A DNA stretch of 64,000 nucleotides from Oscillospiraceae bacterium (lineage in GTDB: Bacteria; Bacillota; Clostridia; Oscillospirales; Ruminococcaceae), in NCBI GenBank assembly GCA_022787085.1, contig JALFVE010000005.1, positions 12,142 through 76,141 on the forward strand, in the 5' to 3' direction. Position 1 is the first letter of the stretch. Every line of letters starts with the position of its first letter. The notes beneath the pieces are model-generated. The model saw only the letters and a list, made by a program, of their open reading frames with translations. It was not told where the DNA came from and made no database searches. The position numbers and the translations under genes were made by a program. Positions 1-9,818 of the stretch are shown here, piece by piece.

Positions 1-359
1 TCGTCTGCGATCTTGAACAAGGGTCCGTCTACCTCGTTCTGCGGCAGGAGACTCTCACGCTCCTTTTCGGCATTCTTTCTCATGGAACGGAATTTGTACA
101 TGACAAAGATCTTTGAATCCTTCCCCGTTCTTTCCTGCGCATAGATCGGATTTCCGAAATCATCTATCATTATCGCTGCGGCTACTGCGATAAGCAATGG
201 GCTCAGCACTATGAGCGCAAACAGTGAGCAGACAATATCGCCGAAACGCTTTAATACGTCATATACAGGCTTCTCCTTATAGCCTATGTCTGCGGCGGAG
301 ACGCCCTTTCCCTCAGCCGACGCAGCCTGCTCGGCTGATTTTATTTCCTGCAATATCAT
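1..359 (-). CDS. Bacterial sugar transferase (priming glycosyltransferase, Bac_transf family), N-terminal part; runs off the left edge
   Basis: Not in the ORF track; translated by hand from ATG at 359 (SD GGAGGG): MILQEIK...LKRFGDIVCSLFALIVLSPLLIAVAAAIMIDDFGNPIYAQERTGKDSKIFVMYKFRSMRKNAE...NEVDGPLFKIAD; KRxxD/TM/RxG/KFRSM/GPxFKI motifs. Confidence 0.9.
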   Translation of the reverse strand, partial: MILQEIKSAEQAASAEGKGVSAADIGYKEKPVYDVLKRFGDIVCSLFALIVLSPLLIAVAAAIMIDDFGNPIYAQERTGKDSKIFVMYKFRSMRKNAEKERESLLPQNEVDGPLFKIAD

Positions 360-409
360 CCCTCCGTTTTATTGCGGCTTCTTTATCGGAATATACAAAT
401 ACATAATTC

Positions 410-438
410 ATTATAAAGTAAATACGGCTGATTGTCAA
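410..438 (-). promoter_or_regulatory. SigA promoter for the sugar transferase
   Basis: Minus strand TTGACA (438-433), 17 bp, TATAAT (415-410); perfect consensus. Confidence 0.85.
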
Positions 439-538
439 TATGCTAAATGCATAATTTTCTTCGATGTTACCGTCAAAATTGTTAATCGCTCCCTCGCCTG
501 TTTTTGGCTTTTTATCTTTCTCTTTTTCGGTCAAAATA

Positions 539-576
539 AAACAGCACAAATATTTTGAAGAATATTTGTGCTGTTT
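539..576 (-). terminator. Intrinsic terminator after the vWA/anchored-protein operon
   Basis: 16-bp perfect stem AAACAGCACAAATATT/AATATTTGTGCTGTTT, 6-nt loop, T-rich run follows on the minus strand. Confidence 0.75.
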
Positions 577-581
577 GCATA

Positions 582-610
582 TTGACTTGAAACATATATT
601 CTGTTATAAT
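582..610 (+). promoter_or_regulatory. Consensus-like promoter with no downstream plus-strand gene
   Basis: TTGACT (582-587), 17 bp, TATAAT (605-610). Confidence 0.5.
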
Positions 611-667
611 ATTTGTAAACGTTTGTGCTGCATAATTATCTGACTTTTTTGGGGAATATGGATTTTT

Positions 668-1447
668 TTATTTATTCGTTTTTTTCTTTACAAGCGATAG
701 CAGCACTGCTGAGCCTGCTGCTGCTCCCAAGGCAAGAAAGGCGGCTATGGTATATTCTCCGCTTTCGGTGCTTTCCTCATAGATGCTTTGCTCCATCATC
801 GCTCCTGCGGACACGTCCTCCGTGCAGGGAGACGGGTCTGTGGGGTCGTGCAGGTACAGCCAGCCGCTTTCTCCCCAGATATAACCGATATAGCCCCATT
901 CATCGCCCGATTTATCGGTGTAAAGCTTACTTACATAGCTTCCGGGATCCTCGGGATGCTTTTCCATAAGGACGCTTTCCTCGCTGCCCGGGTATTTCCA
1001 GAGGTAAATGGCTCCATCCGCTTTCAGGGAATTGTATTTCTTTTCCGTGTTTTCGGCGATCTCGCTTTTATGCTCCTCGGTGAAGGAAAAATTATCATAG
1101 ACTGCCTCATATCCGTCCAGGCATATCCAGAAAAGCTTATCCCCGCCCGCAGGGTCAAAGCCGCTGCCCCACTTCTTTCCGTTTTTATCGGTATAGAGAT
1201 AATGTATCCACGGTGACTTTCCCGCTGACAGAGTACCAGTCTTCTTTCCTCCCGGCTCACTGTAAACGTCCGTTTCTTCCGTCAGCATATACTGCCGTCC
1301 TGTACGCCCGTCTCCGGGGTATTCGATCTCGGTTCTGTGACTGCTGTAAAAGCTGTCATCGGGCTCGATTATCACATCCGCTGAGACTGCTGCGCTCATG
1401 CTAAGGCACATTACTGCCGCTGCAATTGCGGTTATCAGCTTTTTCAT
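668..1447 (-). CDS. Secreted, C-terminally membrane-anchored protein with two SH3b-like repeats
   Basis: Signal peptide; two internal repeats sharing LYTDK(N/S)GxxWG; C-terminal hydrophobic helix plus KKKTNK tail. Confidence 0.7.
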   Translation of the reverse strand: MKKLITAIAAAVMCLSMSAAVSADVIIEPDDSFYSSHRTEIEYPGDGRTGRQYMLTEETDVYSEPGGKKTGTLSAGKSPWIHYLYTDKNGKKWGSGFDPAGGDKLFWICLDGYEAVYDNFSFTEEHKSEIAENTEKKYNSLKADGAIYLWKYPGSEESVLMEKHPEDPGSYVSKLYTDKSGDEWGYIGYIWGESGWLYLHDPTDPSPCTEDVSAGAMMEQSIYEESTESGEYTIAAFLALGAAAGSAVLLSLVKKKTNK

Positions 1448-1463
1448 GCCGCTGTCCCCCTTT

Positions 1464-3413
1464 TTATTTCTTGTTATTCTTTATATAAAGCTTGATAAGC
1501 TTTTTGAACGCTTTATCATCCGTGAGATTATATGCTTTCTGAGGAGTTGATGTTCCCTTGTATTCGCTGTCTTTAAGATACATTCCGAACACTGCCGCTG
1601 CGCAGGCACGCTTTGTCATTGCCGAGGGTGCCAAACGGTATGCACTGTCATCAACTGCCTTTGTAACAAGCTTGGAGGTTTTGCCTTCGGGCTTCTTATA
1701 GCGTATTTTTACGGTGCACCATTCATCGGAGCCTGAGGACTGCTGATATTTAAGTCCGCTGCTTTCGCTTCCCTCTGCGGGGATCATTTCATAAAGCACG
1801 GTTACGCTCTGTCCTGCTCCTACCTCGCCTGCGTCCTTCTTATCATTTTCAAAATCCTCGTTATTCAGGCGGCGGTTATCGTAGCCGATAAGGCGGTAGG
1901 ACTTTACTCTTGAAGGATTAAATTCCGTTTGCAGCTTTACGTCCTTTGCCATGGTGAATATTGTCTCGGTGCGCTCCTCTGCAAGCACCTTTGATGCTTC
2001 TGCCGCACTGTCGATATAATGATAGCTGCCGTTGCCGTTGTCTGCAAGAGCTTCCATTTTATTATCCTTGATATTTCCCTTGCCAAAGCCCAGAACGGTG
2101 AAATACACGCCGCTTTTTCTCTTCTGCTCTATAAGCTTTGTAAGCTCGTCTTCGTCGGTGATACCTACGTTAAGGTCGCCGTCGGTGCAGAGGATTATTC
2201 GGTTATTGCCGCCCTTTATATAATATTTCTCCGCTATTTCATAGGCTGCGTTTATCCCGCTTTCACCGTTTGTACAGCCCGAGGCTTCCATGCAGGAGGA
2301 TATATCCGTAAATGCCTTTATACAGTCGGCATTTGCTCCTGCAAGCAGCACTCTCTCCTCTCCCGAATAGGTGACGATGGATATTTTATCCTCCTCGTCC
2401 ATATTCTTTGCAAGCTTTAAGATAGATTCCTTTACAAGGGGAAGCTTATCCTCACTGTCCATTGAGCCGCTGACATCCACAAGAAACACAAGATTCGATG
2501 CGGGCAGCTCCTCAGGCTCTGCTGCCTGCACGCCGATATGCAGCAGCTTTGCTTCCTTATTCCACGGACATTCCGTCAGCTCCGTATATACGGAGAACAC
2601 CTCTCCATCTGCGGGGGCGGGATATTCATAATCAAAATAGTTTATCATTTCCTCCACCCTCACTGCGTCCTCGGGTATCTTATCGCCGTCGTTTATCAGC
2701 CTGCGGATATTTGCAAAGGATGCTGTGTCAACATCTGCAGAAAATGTGGAGACGGGGTCGGTATAGGAATTTTTAAAGCCGTTTTCCTCGGTATGGGAAT
2801 ATTCCTCGGTGTTATAATCGGGGTCGGCGGGGAGTTGGACAGGATATGAGGAATTTGCGGCGGGGGCTGTATCATAGGCTGCTTTACCTTCAACTCCCCC
2901 TTCTTCTATCCATTCCCCCTCATCATAGCTTACCTCTTCATCACAGTATATATCATCATCTTCGTATAAGACAGGCTCGGGCTTTTTATATCTGACTGTG
3001 ACTTCGTTTGAGGCGGCGCTGAGGATACGCTCGTCCTCCTCTGTATATGTTACCGCTTTTACTATGTAGGAGGTGGTTCGGGACATGGTCACATAATATT
3101 CCGTATCATAAGTGGCGCCTACCTTTTCATAGACCCTGTTCCCTGTGGGCTTGGCATAGACATAATACAGCAGCGCATTTTCCACGGGCTTCCAGCTGAG
3201 ATTCCTGCCGTTATAATTATAATAATAGCCCGCTTCTTCGGCTGTGAGCTTGGTTTTCGATTTTTTGAATTTTGCTGCGGCGGGGTCGTTCTTTTCGCTT
3301 GACATCAGGGTGGGCAGGTTATCCGTATCTATATAGGAGCGTGCTTCTGCGGGAAATGCTCCGAAACAGGATACTGCCATTACGGCTGCAAGTATTGCGG
3401 GAAGCTTTTTCAT
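1464..3413 (-). CDS. Secreted YfbK-like von Willebrand factor A protein (FN3-like + vWF_A + VWA + DUF3520-like)
   Basis: Signal peptide; LSWKPVENALLYYVY FN3-like strand; STFSADVDTASFANIRR, EEMINYF, MIDAS DVSGSM...T...TDGD, RLIGYDNR, DAGEVGAGQSVT. Confidence 0.85.
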   Translation of the reverse strand: MKKLPAILAAVMAVSCFGAFPAEARSYIDTDNLPTLMSSEKNDPAAAKFKKSKTKLTAEEAGYYYNYNGRNLSWKPVENALLYYVYAKPTGNRVYEKVGATYDTEYYVTMSRTTSYIVKAVTYTEEDERILSAASNEVTVRYKKPEPVLYEDDDIYCDEEVSYDEGEWIEEGGVEGKAAYDTAPAANSSYPVQLPADPDYNTEEYSHTEENGFKNSYTDPVSTFSADVDTASFANIRRLINDGDKIPEDAVRVEEMINYFDYEYPAPADGEVFSVYTELTECPWNKEAKLLHIGVQAAEPEELPASNLVFLVDVSGSMDSEDKLPLVKESILKLAKNMDEEDKISIVTYSGEERVLLAGANADCIKAFTDISSCMEASGCTNGESGINAAYEIAEKYYIKGGNNRIILCTDGDLNVGITDEDELTKLIEQKRKSGVYFTVLGFGKGNIKDNKMEALADNGNGSYHYIDSAAEASKVLAEERTETIFTMAKDVKLQTEFNPSRVKSYRLIGYDNRRLNNEDFENDKKDAGEVGAGQSVTVLYEMIPAEGSESSGLKYQQSSGSDEWCTVKIRYKKPEGKTSKLVTKAVDDSAYRLAPSAMTKRACAAAVFGMYLKDSEYKGTSTPQKAYNLTDDKAFKKLIKLYIKNNKK

Positions 3414-3589
3414 ATTGCATTGTCCTTTCTGTTATGGATTTTGTGATTCTGTTTTGTATACAATTCATAAATCGGATTTTTTTCAGCTTGGGGCAATATT
3501 TGTATATATATCCAATTTTATACATCTATCATTGGATAAAACTGCCAAAAGTCCATTCCCTTTTTTCGGAAAATGGACTTTTCGGATAA

Positions 3590-4369
3590 TTATTTTACAA
3601 AGAAATTTACTGCCATTATTGCGGCGCCAAGAGTGGCAAGAACCACACCTGTGGCACGGTTCAGGGTCTCGGCAGGTGCTTTATTGGCAAATTTTGCGGC
3701 TATCCTTGCCCATATGAGCGTAAAGGCTGCGCACAGCAGAAGCACTGTTATATCGGGCATTCCGCCGATGACCATATGTGACGCCGCTCCCGTCAGCGCT
3801 GTGAATGCCATGATGAACACGCTGGTGCCTACCGCTGTTTTAAGCTCATAGCCCAGCACGCTTGTGAGGATAAGGAGCATCATCATTCCGCCACCTGCGC
3901 CCACAAAGCCGCAGATAAAGCCTATCAGGCTGCCGCATATCACCGACTGCACTGCCCGTTTTTTGGCGGAGACGCTTTTCATGGCTTCCTTTGTGGTCAT
4001 TACGGGCTTTACGATGAATTTTATTCCCAGAAAAAAGGTCATGCAGACGGAAAATCCGCCCATAGTCTCGTTCGGCACCAGGCTTGAGACATAGCTGCCC
4101 ACCATTGTGAACACAAGCACTGCTGCCATCATTATAAGCCCGTTTTTTATATCAAGATTTTTATTCTTTCCATAGGTATATGCCGAGACTGCGCTGGCAA
4201 GCACATCCGACGCAAGGGCTATTCCCACTGCTTCATAGGCGGGGATACCAAGAAAGGTCACAAGCATGGGCGTTATCACTGCTGCTGCGCTCATTCCCGC
4301 AAAGCCCGTTCCAAGCCCTGCTCCCAGTCCTGCAAGAAGGCAGACGATTATTGTTTTTATTATTTCCAA
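3590..4369 (-). CDS. Sulfite exporter TauE/SafE family membrane protein
   Basis: Two Gly-rich repeats (GLGTGFAGMSAA; GFICGFVGAGGG), AVGTS motif, ~8 TM segments. Confidence 0.85.
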   Translation of the reverse strand: MEIIKTIIVCLLAGLGAGLGTGFAGMSAAAVITPMLVTFLGIPAYEAVGIALASDVLASAVSAYTYGKNKNLDIKNGLIMMAAVLVFTMVGSYVSSLVPNETMGGFSVCMTFFLGIKFIVKPVMTTKEAMKSVSAKKRAVQSVICGSLIGFICGFVGAGGGMMMLLILTSVLGYELKTAVGTSVFIMAFTALTGAASHMVIGGMPDITVLLLCAAFTLIWARIAAKFANKAPAETLNRATGVVLATLGAAIMAVNFFVK

Positions 4370-4385
4370 GGCTTTTTTCAGTCCT

Positions 4386-4790
4386 TCATCTTATTTTTAC
4401 GGTGAGCTTTTCGCCGCATTTCGGGCAGACGGCGGTATGCGTTCCGCTGCGCTTCGGCAGTCTGAGATATGCCTTGCAATGTGTACACTTTTTATAGCAA
4501 TGCTCCTTATCGGTAAGCATTGTTTTTGTCATTTTTATTTTTTTCGCCGCCTTCTCCTCTATTCGCAGAAATGCCTGATTCTCAAGGCTGCGCTTATACA
4601 CATTCTTCGAAAAACAGCGGTAGGTCGCCCAGATGAACAGCGCCCACATTATCACGCTCAGCACTGCCGAACGGAGAAACAGATTTATCACTGCCATTGT
4701 AAAATACAGCGCCACGGAGGCTTTATACAGGCTGTCCGCTCCGTTTCTTCCGTACATGAAGGCGATGAATTTATTCCTGAGCTTTTCCAT
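4386..4790 (-). CDS. Conserved hypothetical membrane protein with C-terminal zinc ribbon
   Basis: MYGRNGADSL start, two TM segments, CTHC...CPKC. Confidence 0.75.
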   Translation of the reverse strand: MEKLRNKFIAFMYGRNGADSLYKASVALYFTMAVINLFLRSAVLSVIMWALFIWATYRCFSKNVYKRSLENQAFLRIEEKAAKKIKMTKTMLTDKEHCYKKCTHCKAYLRLPKRSGTHTAVCPKCGEKLTVKIR

Positions 4791-4813
4791 TTTTTTGACC
4801 TCGGTTCTTAATT

Positions 4814-5509
4814 TTAAAATATAAACATCCAGCCGAAAAGGGACAGCAGCATTCTGAGGATAAATATTACCGCAAGAGAGAAGGTCGCTATGGACAGTAT
4901 GGTGGGCATTATCCTGCTTCTTCTGATGGCTGCGTCATACCGCTTATGATACTCTGCGGAAAGCTCCGCATATTCGGGGTCTGACGGGTCCTGCCTTCTC
5001 GCTTCGTCGGCATAGCGCACTGCTTCCCGATATTCCCCTGCCATGCTGCTGAGCTGCGCTGCGTAATAATACCATCTGCTGCTGCGCATTACCATTCGGT
5101 TCAGAAGCGACGCTGCAGAATCAAGGTCGCCCTCGGCAAGATATCTGCTTACCCTTTCATATGCCTCGTTCTCATTCATCTGAGAGGCGGCTGTGCCGAA
5201 ACCGAAGGAGCTGAAGAAGGAATTGAGAAAATCATCCATATCTCCGTACTGATAGGCTCCCGCTCCCGTATATCCGCCTGAGGCGCTCTGTCCTCCTGAA
5301 TTGGATGAGCCCCCTCTGTACGCCTTTGCTTCGCCCGATTTTATCATCTCATAGGCGGCGTTTATCTCGCTCATTTTTCGGGCTGCCTCCGGGTCGTTGG
5401 GGTGCAGGTCGGGGTGGTACTGCTTTACTAAGCTTCGGTATTTCTTCTTTATTTCGTCCTCGTCCGCATTGTAGGGCACGCCAAGCACCTGATAGGGATC
5501 AACGCTCAT
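4814..5509 (-). CDS. J-domain (DnaJ-like) protein with TPR-like helices and C-terminal TM
   Basis: DPYQVLGV...YHPD...INAAY J-domain; likely start ATG 5509 with SD GGAG. Confidence 0.85.
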   Translation of the reverse strand: MSVDPYQVLGVPYNADEDEIKKKYRSLVKQYHPDLHPNDPEAARKMSEINAAYEMIKSGEAKAYRGGSSNSGGQSASGGYTGAGAYQYGDMDDFLNSFFSSFGFGTAASQMNENEAYERVSRYLAEGDLDSAASLLNRMVMRSSRWYYYAAQLSSMAGEYREAVRYADEARRQDPSDPEYAELSAEYHKRYDAAIRRSRIMPTILSIATFSLAVIFILRMLLSLFGWMFIF

Positions 5510-5556
5510 AATCCTGCTCCATTTCAATTAATCGGTTGGTTTATTTTTCTTTTTCC

Positions 5557-5585
5557 ATTGTAGCATATCAGCTTTTTCACGTCAA
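5557..5585 (-). promoter_or_regulatory. SigA promoter for the J-domain/Zn-ribbon/TauE operon
   Basis: TTGACG (5585-5580), 17 bp, TACAAT (5562-5557). Confidence 0.65.
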
Positions 5586-5696
5586 TGGATTTTTCCGAAT
5601 TTTCATTTATCTGTCACCGTCGGAACAGGTTTTTAATCTGTTTCTAATGTTCTTATAAATTATCCCCCGTGCTTTTATTGCACGAGGGATATGACG

Positions 5697-8666
5697 TTAT
5701 ACTTTTCTGAATGCCTGAAATACAAAATACAGGCAGACAAATACAAAATTATACAGCAGGATATTCGTTACCGTCAGCTCTGCCATGGAGCGCAGAAGCA
5801 CCATCGCAAGGGTGAGCAGGATGCCAAGCAGTATTTCCGCTGCCTGTATCGCTATTCCTGCCGAGATCGTTCCCCGCAGGCGGTTTGCTCCCAGAATCAG
5901 CTGCGCAAAGGACGCAAATCTGCCCGAGCAGACAAGGGTCGCAGGTCTTTTGGCGGAATATTCCGTCGATTTTTCGTAATCGGGATGGAGTCTGAACGGG
6001 ATAAGCTTGAACAGCAGCGGCGTTACCTCGAACATCTCCGACAATCTGCTTACCGACAGCATGGAATCCACCGAGCGGAGCATTACTGCCACGCCCCCTC
6101 TTTCAAGCTCCTTGAGCGCCCTCTTTATCTGATAGGAGGCTGTCAGCTCGACTATGAACATGGCGGAAAGCTGTCCCGATATGGACAGATACACGGCTAT
6201 TTTATCACCGTCGGTGTACTCATTTTCCTTTGCGATGGAGGGAAGCCCTTCTATGCTGTGATTCTGCATAAGCTCCCTGTTTCCCAGAAGCACTCGCTTA
6301 TTGTTTATCCAGCCGCAAAGTCCCATGGAATCCTCATAGATATAGCTCTCTACGGGATCAAGCATTTCCGTTTTTCCCACGATGATATCATAGAACATAT
6401 TCTTGAGGACGCTGCCCGACTGGCTTGTCAGACTCGCTGCTTCCACTATCGCTTCATCTATGCTCGAATCGGGGAAGGATTTGATGTTCCTGAGGATTAT
6501 GCTTCCCGGAGGGAACAGGGATGCTGCGTCTATCATTATACTGTTTACGTCCCCGAATTCCTCGATGCTGTCATAGCCCACGATGGCGCCCTGCTTTGAG
6601 CTGTATTTTACCGACGCTTTTTCCATGGGCAGATTTACCACCAGCATCATTCCGAAGCAGGAGCAGATGGACGCACAGGCTGAAAAGGTTGACAATCCTA
6701 CGCAGACTGCTCCCATTGTTCCATGCTCCACTCTTGCAAGAAGCGCTGCAACCACGCCTATTACAAGCCCTGCTGCCGCTATTATGGGGCAGACCATTCT
6801 GCTGAATCTGTCGGTGCTGTCCCCTGCATATGAGGTCTTGAGAAAATCCGTTATCATTTCGGTTTTCTGCATTCCCGCAAGAACGGGAAAATCAGACAAC
6901 GAGCCTCGGGTGAAATTCTGCGCCCGTTCTTCGTCATCTACCACAAAAAGCGCATAGCGGTCGTTATCTCCCGATATAAAGGAGAAGCTTCGCTGGGTCC
7001 TGCTTATTATCAGCAGCTTGCCGATGGTATTGAATATCAGCGAGCCTATGGCTACGGGAGTGAAGATATACACATAGCTGCCTCTGACCATATTTGAATC
7101 CGCAAGGGATATCATTGATGTGAGCAGGCAGGATATGAGCGTCATTGCCGAAAGGGAATCACAGTCCGCCTTTCCCGACAGAAGCTTCGATATTCCGCCC
7201 GATATGGTCTGGGACGCTACAAAGCCCGCTACCACGCCGATAACGCTGTTTATGAACAGGAACACGTCAGGCTGGCTCCTTTTATCTATCAGCGACAGGG
7301 ATTCAAGGACGGGCAGCTTGAAATCATTGGCTACTGCCATATAGGTGGTTGCCGCAAAACAGATGAAAAGCACTGCAAGCCTGAATATCAGCTTGTTTTT
7401 CTGCCCTGTGATATGGTCCTGGATATCGGGGGCGTCTACAAGGCTCTCGAAATCCTCTATTTCGCCGTTATCAGCTGCCTCGGCATTTTCCTCGGGGGTA
7501 TTTTCCTCCTCGCCCCCCATCAGCACAAAGTCCTTTATCTTCTTGCTTCTGCGCTCCTTGAGGGCACTCAGCTTTTCAAGCTCTGCATTTGTTTTATCTA
7601 TATTTATCTGGGAGGTATCCTTTATCATTTTATCGGACAGGTCAAGCCCGATATCCGATATCTTCTTCCTCTCTATCGCCACATCGGAATGCCTGAGCTT
7701 CCTGCTTTCCTCCAGAAGCTCGGATTCCCCTCCCGCTTCTTCCTTTGCCATTATCTTATTGAAGATATCCGTAAAGCCCTTGAGAGGAGAGGTCTCGGAA
7801 CGCTTTAAGGTCTGCGGCTCTTCCTTTCTCTCATACTGACCGAGAATACTGTCGATATCGTCGATGGCTGCGTATTTATCAAGGGGGCTTGCCGCTTCCT
7901 GCTTCTGCGTTACCTTTTCTGGTCTTACCCTATGCTCATGCTTTACTCCTGCAGCGGAATTGTATTTTTCGTTAAATTCCGCTTCCCTTTCGAGCTTTTC
8001 CGACAGGCTGGAGCCAGATGGCGGCGTTATTTCAAAGGGGATCTCATGAAGCTCGCCCCCCATAAGCTCGTCCCGCTCCTCTGCTGTGAACAGCGGCGCA
8101 TTGCCGTATTTGCGCTCAAATTCGTCATCGTCAAAGGAGGAATGTACTCCCTTCAAGCCCTCGCCGAAATCCGATGCGAATTTCTTCTTGGCGGGCTTGA
8201 CCTTTACCTTTTTCTTTGCTGCCTTATCCTCGGCAGGCGCTTCGCTCTGAGCTGCTATCTCCGTCTTTCCTTCGGCTTTAAGCTCTGCCTCGGTTTTCAG
8301 CTCGTCGGGCATATATTTTCTGTCATAATCGCCGCTGATGATCTCGTAATCTATCTGCTTGCTCTTTTTTATCCGCTCTTCCTCGGTGAGCTGATCCTCA
8401 GGGATATCGTGAACGCTGACAGGCTGCTCCTTGCTTCGGCGTATCTCCTCCGGTGTGGGGTAATCCTGCGGCATGGATATGCTTATCCCGCTCAGGTCGA
8501 TATCCGTGGTGGAGCTTCTGCTGTCAAATATCTCCGCAAGTCCCGAATCCTCGTAGTTCTTGGTGGCGGGATAGCTGTTCAATATTTCATCAAGCGACTG
8601 CTCCGAGCTGCCGCCCGAGCCTGAGTATTCGTTCAATATATCGTCAAGGGAAAATTTATCAGACAA
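5697..8666 (-). CDS. Membrane protein: long acidic low-complexity N-terminus plus degenerate P1B-type ATPase-like core
   Basis: TTG start with SD GGAGG; ICSCF in place of CPC, IDAASLFPPG in place of DKTGTLT, AASLTSQS, VLLGNRELM, VYLSISGQL; no TGES actuator motif. Confidence 0.7.
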   Translation of the reverse strand: MSDKFSLDDILNEYSGSGGSSEQSLDEILNSYPATKNYEDSGLAEIFDSRSSTTDIDLSGISISMPQDYPTPEEIRRSKEQPVSVHDIPEDQLTEEERIKKSKQIDYEIISGDYDRKYMPDELKTEAELKAEGKTEIAAQSEAPAEDKAAKKKVKVKPAKKKFASDFGEGLKGVHSSFDDDEFERKYGNAPLFTAEERDELMGGELHEIPFEITPPSGSSLSEKLEREAEFNEKYNSAAGVKHEHRVRPEKVTQKQEAASPLDKYAAIDDIDSILGQYERKEEPQTLKRSETSPLKGFTDIFNKIMAKEEAGGESELLEESRKLRHSDVAIERKKISDIGLDLSDKMIKDTSQINIDKTNAELEKLSALKERRSKKIKDFVLMGGEEENTPEENAEAADNGEIEDFESLVDAPDIQDHITGQKNKLIFRLAVLFICFAATTYMAVANDFKLPVLESLSLIDKRSQPDVFLFINSVIGVVAGFVASQTISGGISKLLSGKADCDSLSAMTLISCLLTSMISLADSNMVRGSYVYIFTPVAIGSLIFNTIGKLLIISRTQRSFSFISGDNDRYALFVVDDEERAQNFTRGSLSDFPVLAGMQKTEMITDFLKTSYAGDSTDRFSRMVCPIIAAAGLVIGVVAALLARVEHGTMGAVCVGLSTFSACASICSCFGMMLVVNLPMEKASVKYSSKQGAIVGYDSIEEFGDVNSIMIDAASLFPPGSIILRNIKSFPDSSIDEAIVEAASLTSQSGSVLKNMFYDIIVGKTEMLDPVESYIYEDSMGLCGWINNKRVLLGNRELMQNHSIEGLPSIAKENEYTDGDKIAVYLSISGQLSAMFIVELTASYQIKRALKELERGGVAVMLRSVDSMLSVSRLSEMFEVTPLLFKLIPFRLHPDYEKSTEYSAKRPATLVCSGRFASFAQLILGANRLRGTISAGIAIQAAEILLGILLTLAMVLLRSMAELTVTNILLYNFVFVCLYFVFQAFRKV

Positions 8667-8712
8667 ATTCTATTTCCTCCTTGCATAGTGTTTAACCTTT
8701 TTTGCGAAAGCT

Positions 8713-9594
8713 TTATTCTCCTGCCGATGCTCTCTGCCTTACTGCCTCGTACATGAATATTCCTGCTGCTACCGACGCATTCAGCGAGGTTATTTTGCCG
8801 TACATGGGGAGCTTTACAAGAAAATCGCACTTCTCCTTTATCAGCCTGCCCATTCCGAAGCCCTCTGAGCCGATAACAAAGGCGGCTGCGCCTGTGAAGG
8901 ACGCTTTTGTGTAATCGCTGCCCGATGCATCGGTGCCGTATATCCACACGCCGTTTTTCTTCAGCTCGTCTATTGCGGCTCCTAAATTTGCTACTCTTGC
9001 CACGGGGAGCCAGCTTGCGGCTCCTGCTGAGGTCTTGAAAACGGTGGCGTTAAGCGAGGCGCTTCGGCGCTTGGGGATTATTATGCCGTCCGCTCCCGCT
9101 GCCTCTGCTGTTCGGATTATGGCTCCCAGATTGTGGGGATCCTCGATCTCGTCGCAGATTATGATAAAGGGGGCTGTGCCCTTTTTCTTTGATATATTAA
9201 GAATATCCTCCACCGTCACATATTCGGCGCAGGCTCCCGAGGCGATTATTCCCTGATGGGAGGCTCCTGCGCACATCTGGGTGAGCTTCTGATCGCTGAC
9301 ATTCTTTATTACTATGCCCTTTTCTCTGGCGATCCGGGTGATGGCGCCTATGCTTCCGCCTGCGTCCCCGTTTACATAAATAGTATCTATGGATCTGCCC
9401 GATTTCAGCGCCTCCATTACGGGATTTCTGCCTACGATAAGCCCTTCTGCGGCACCTGTATCGGCGGCATCGGGTATATTTCTTTCCTGCTCGAAGGCTC
9501 TTTCGGGCTTTCCGCTGCCATGGGGCTTGAAATTCTTTTCCTTCCTGCCTGCGTTCCTTCTGTCTTTATTTTTATCAAACTGCTGATAAGCCAT
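8713..9594 (-). CDS. rlmB: 23S rRNA (guanosine2251-2'-O)-methyltransferase
   Basis: GRNPVMEAL, HQGI, DEIEDPHNLGAIIRTA, GSEGFGM, SLNASVA SpoU motifs; likely start ATG 9594. Confidence 0.93.
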   Translation of the reverse strand: MAYQQFDKNKDRRNAGRKEKNFKPHGSGKPERAFEQERNIPDAADTGAAEGLIVGRNPVMEALKSGRSIDTIYVNGDAGGSIGAITRIAREKGIVIKNVSDQKLTQMCAGASHQGIIASGACAEYVTVEDILNISKKKGTAPFIIICDEIEDPHNLGAIIRTAEAAGADGIIIPKRRSASLNATVFKTSAGAASWLPVARVANLGAAIDELKKNGVWIYGTDASGSDYTKASFTGAAAFVIGSEGFGMGRLIKEKCDFLVKLPMYGKITSLNASVAAGIFMYEAVRQRASAGE

Positions 9595-9818
9595 AATTTT
9601 TTCTCCGTTCTGCCGCAATTCGGGCGGCATGACAAATAAGCATATTTTCCTATACTAATATATTATACAGCATACGGCGGCTTTTTTCAATAGCGATTAT
9701 TACAAAATTCCTATGGGGCGCAGGGCGGATTGTACAGCAATATAACGCAAAAAACCGATGAATGTATTTTTTGCCGTGTGGCACGGAAAAAATTTTTTGA
9801 GAAATTTCAAAAAAACTC

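Noticed and set aside
5691-6599. 302-aa plus-strand ORF, and similar long antisense ORFs (e.g. 15778-16686, 25560-26105, 32067-32822, 34269-34958, 53525-54685)
   Set aside because: They lie opposite well-supported genes, show no family motifs, and are expected shadows of biased codon usage.
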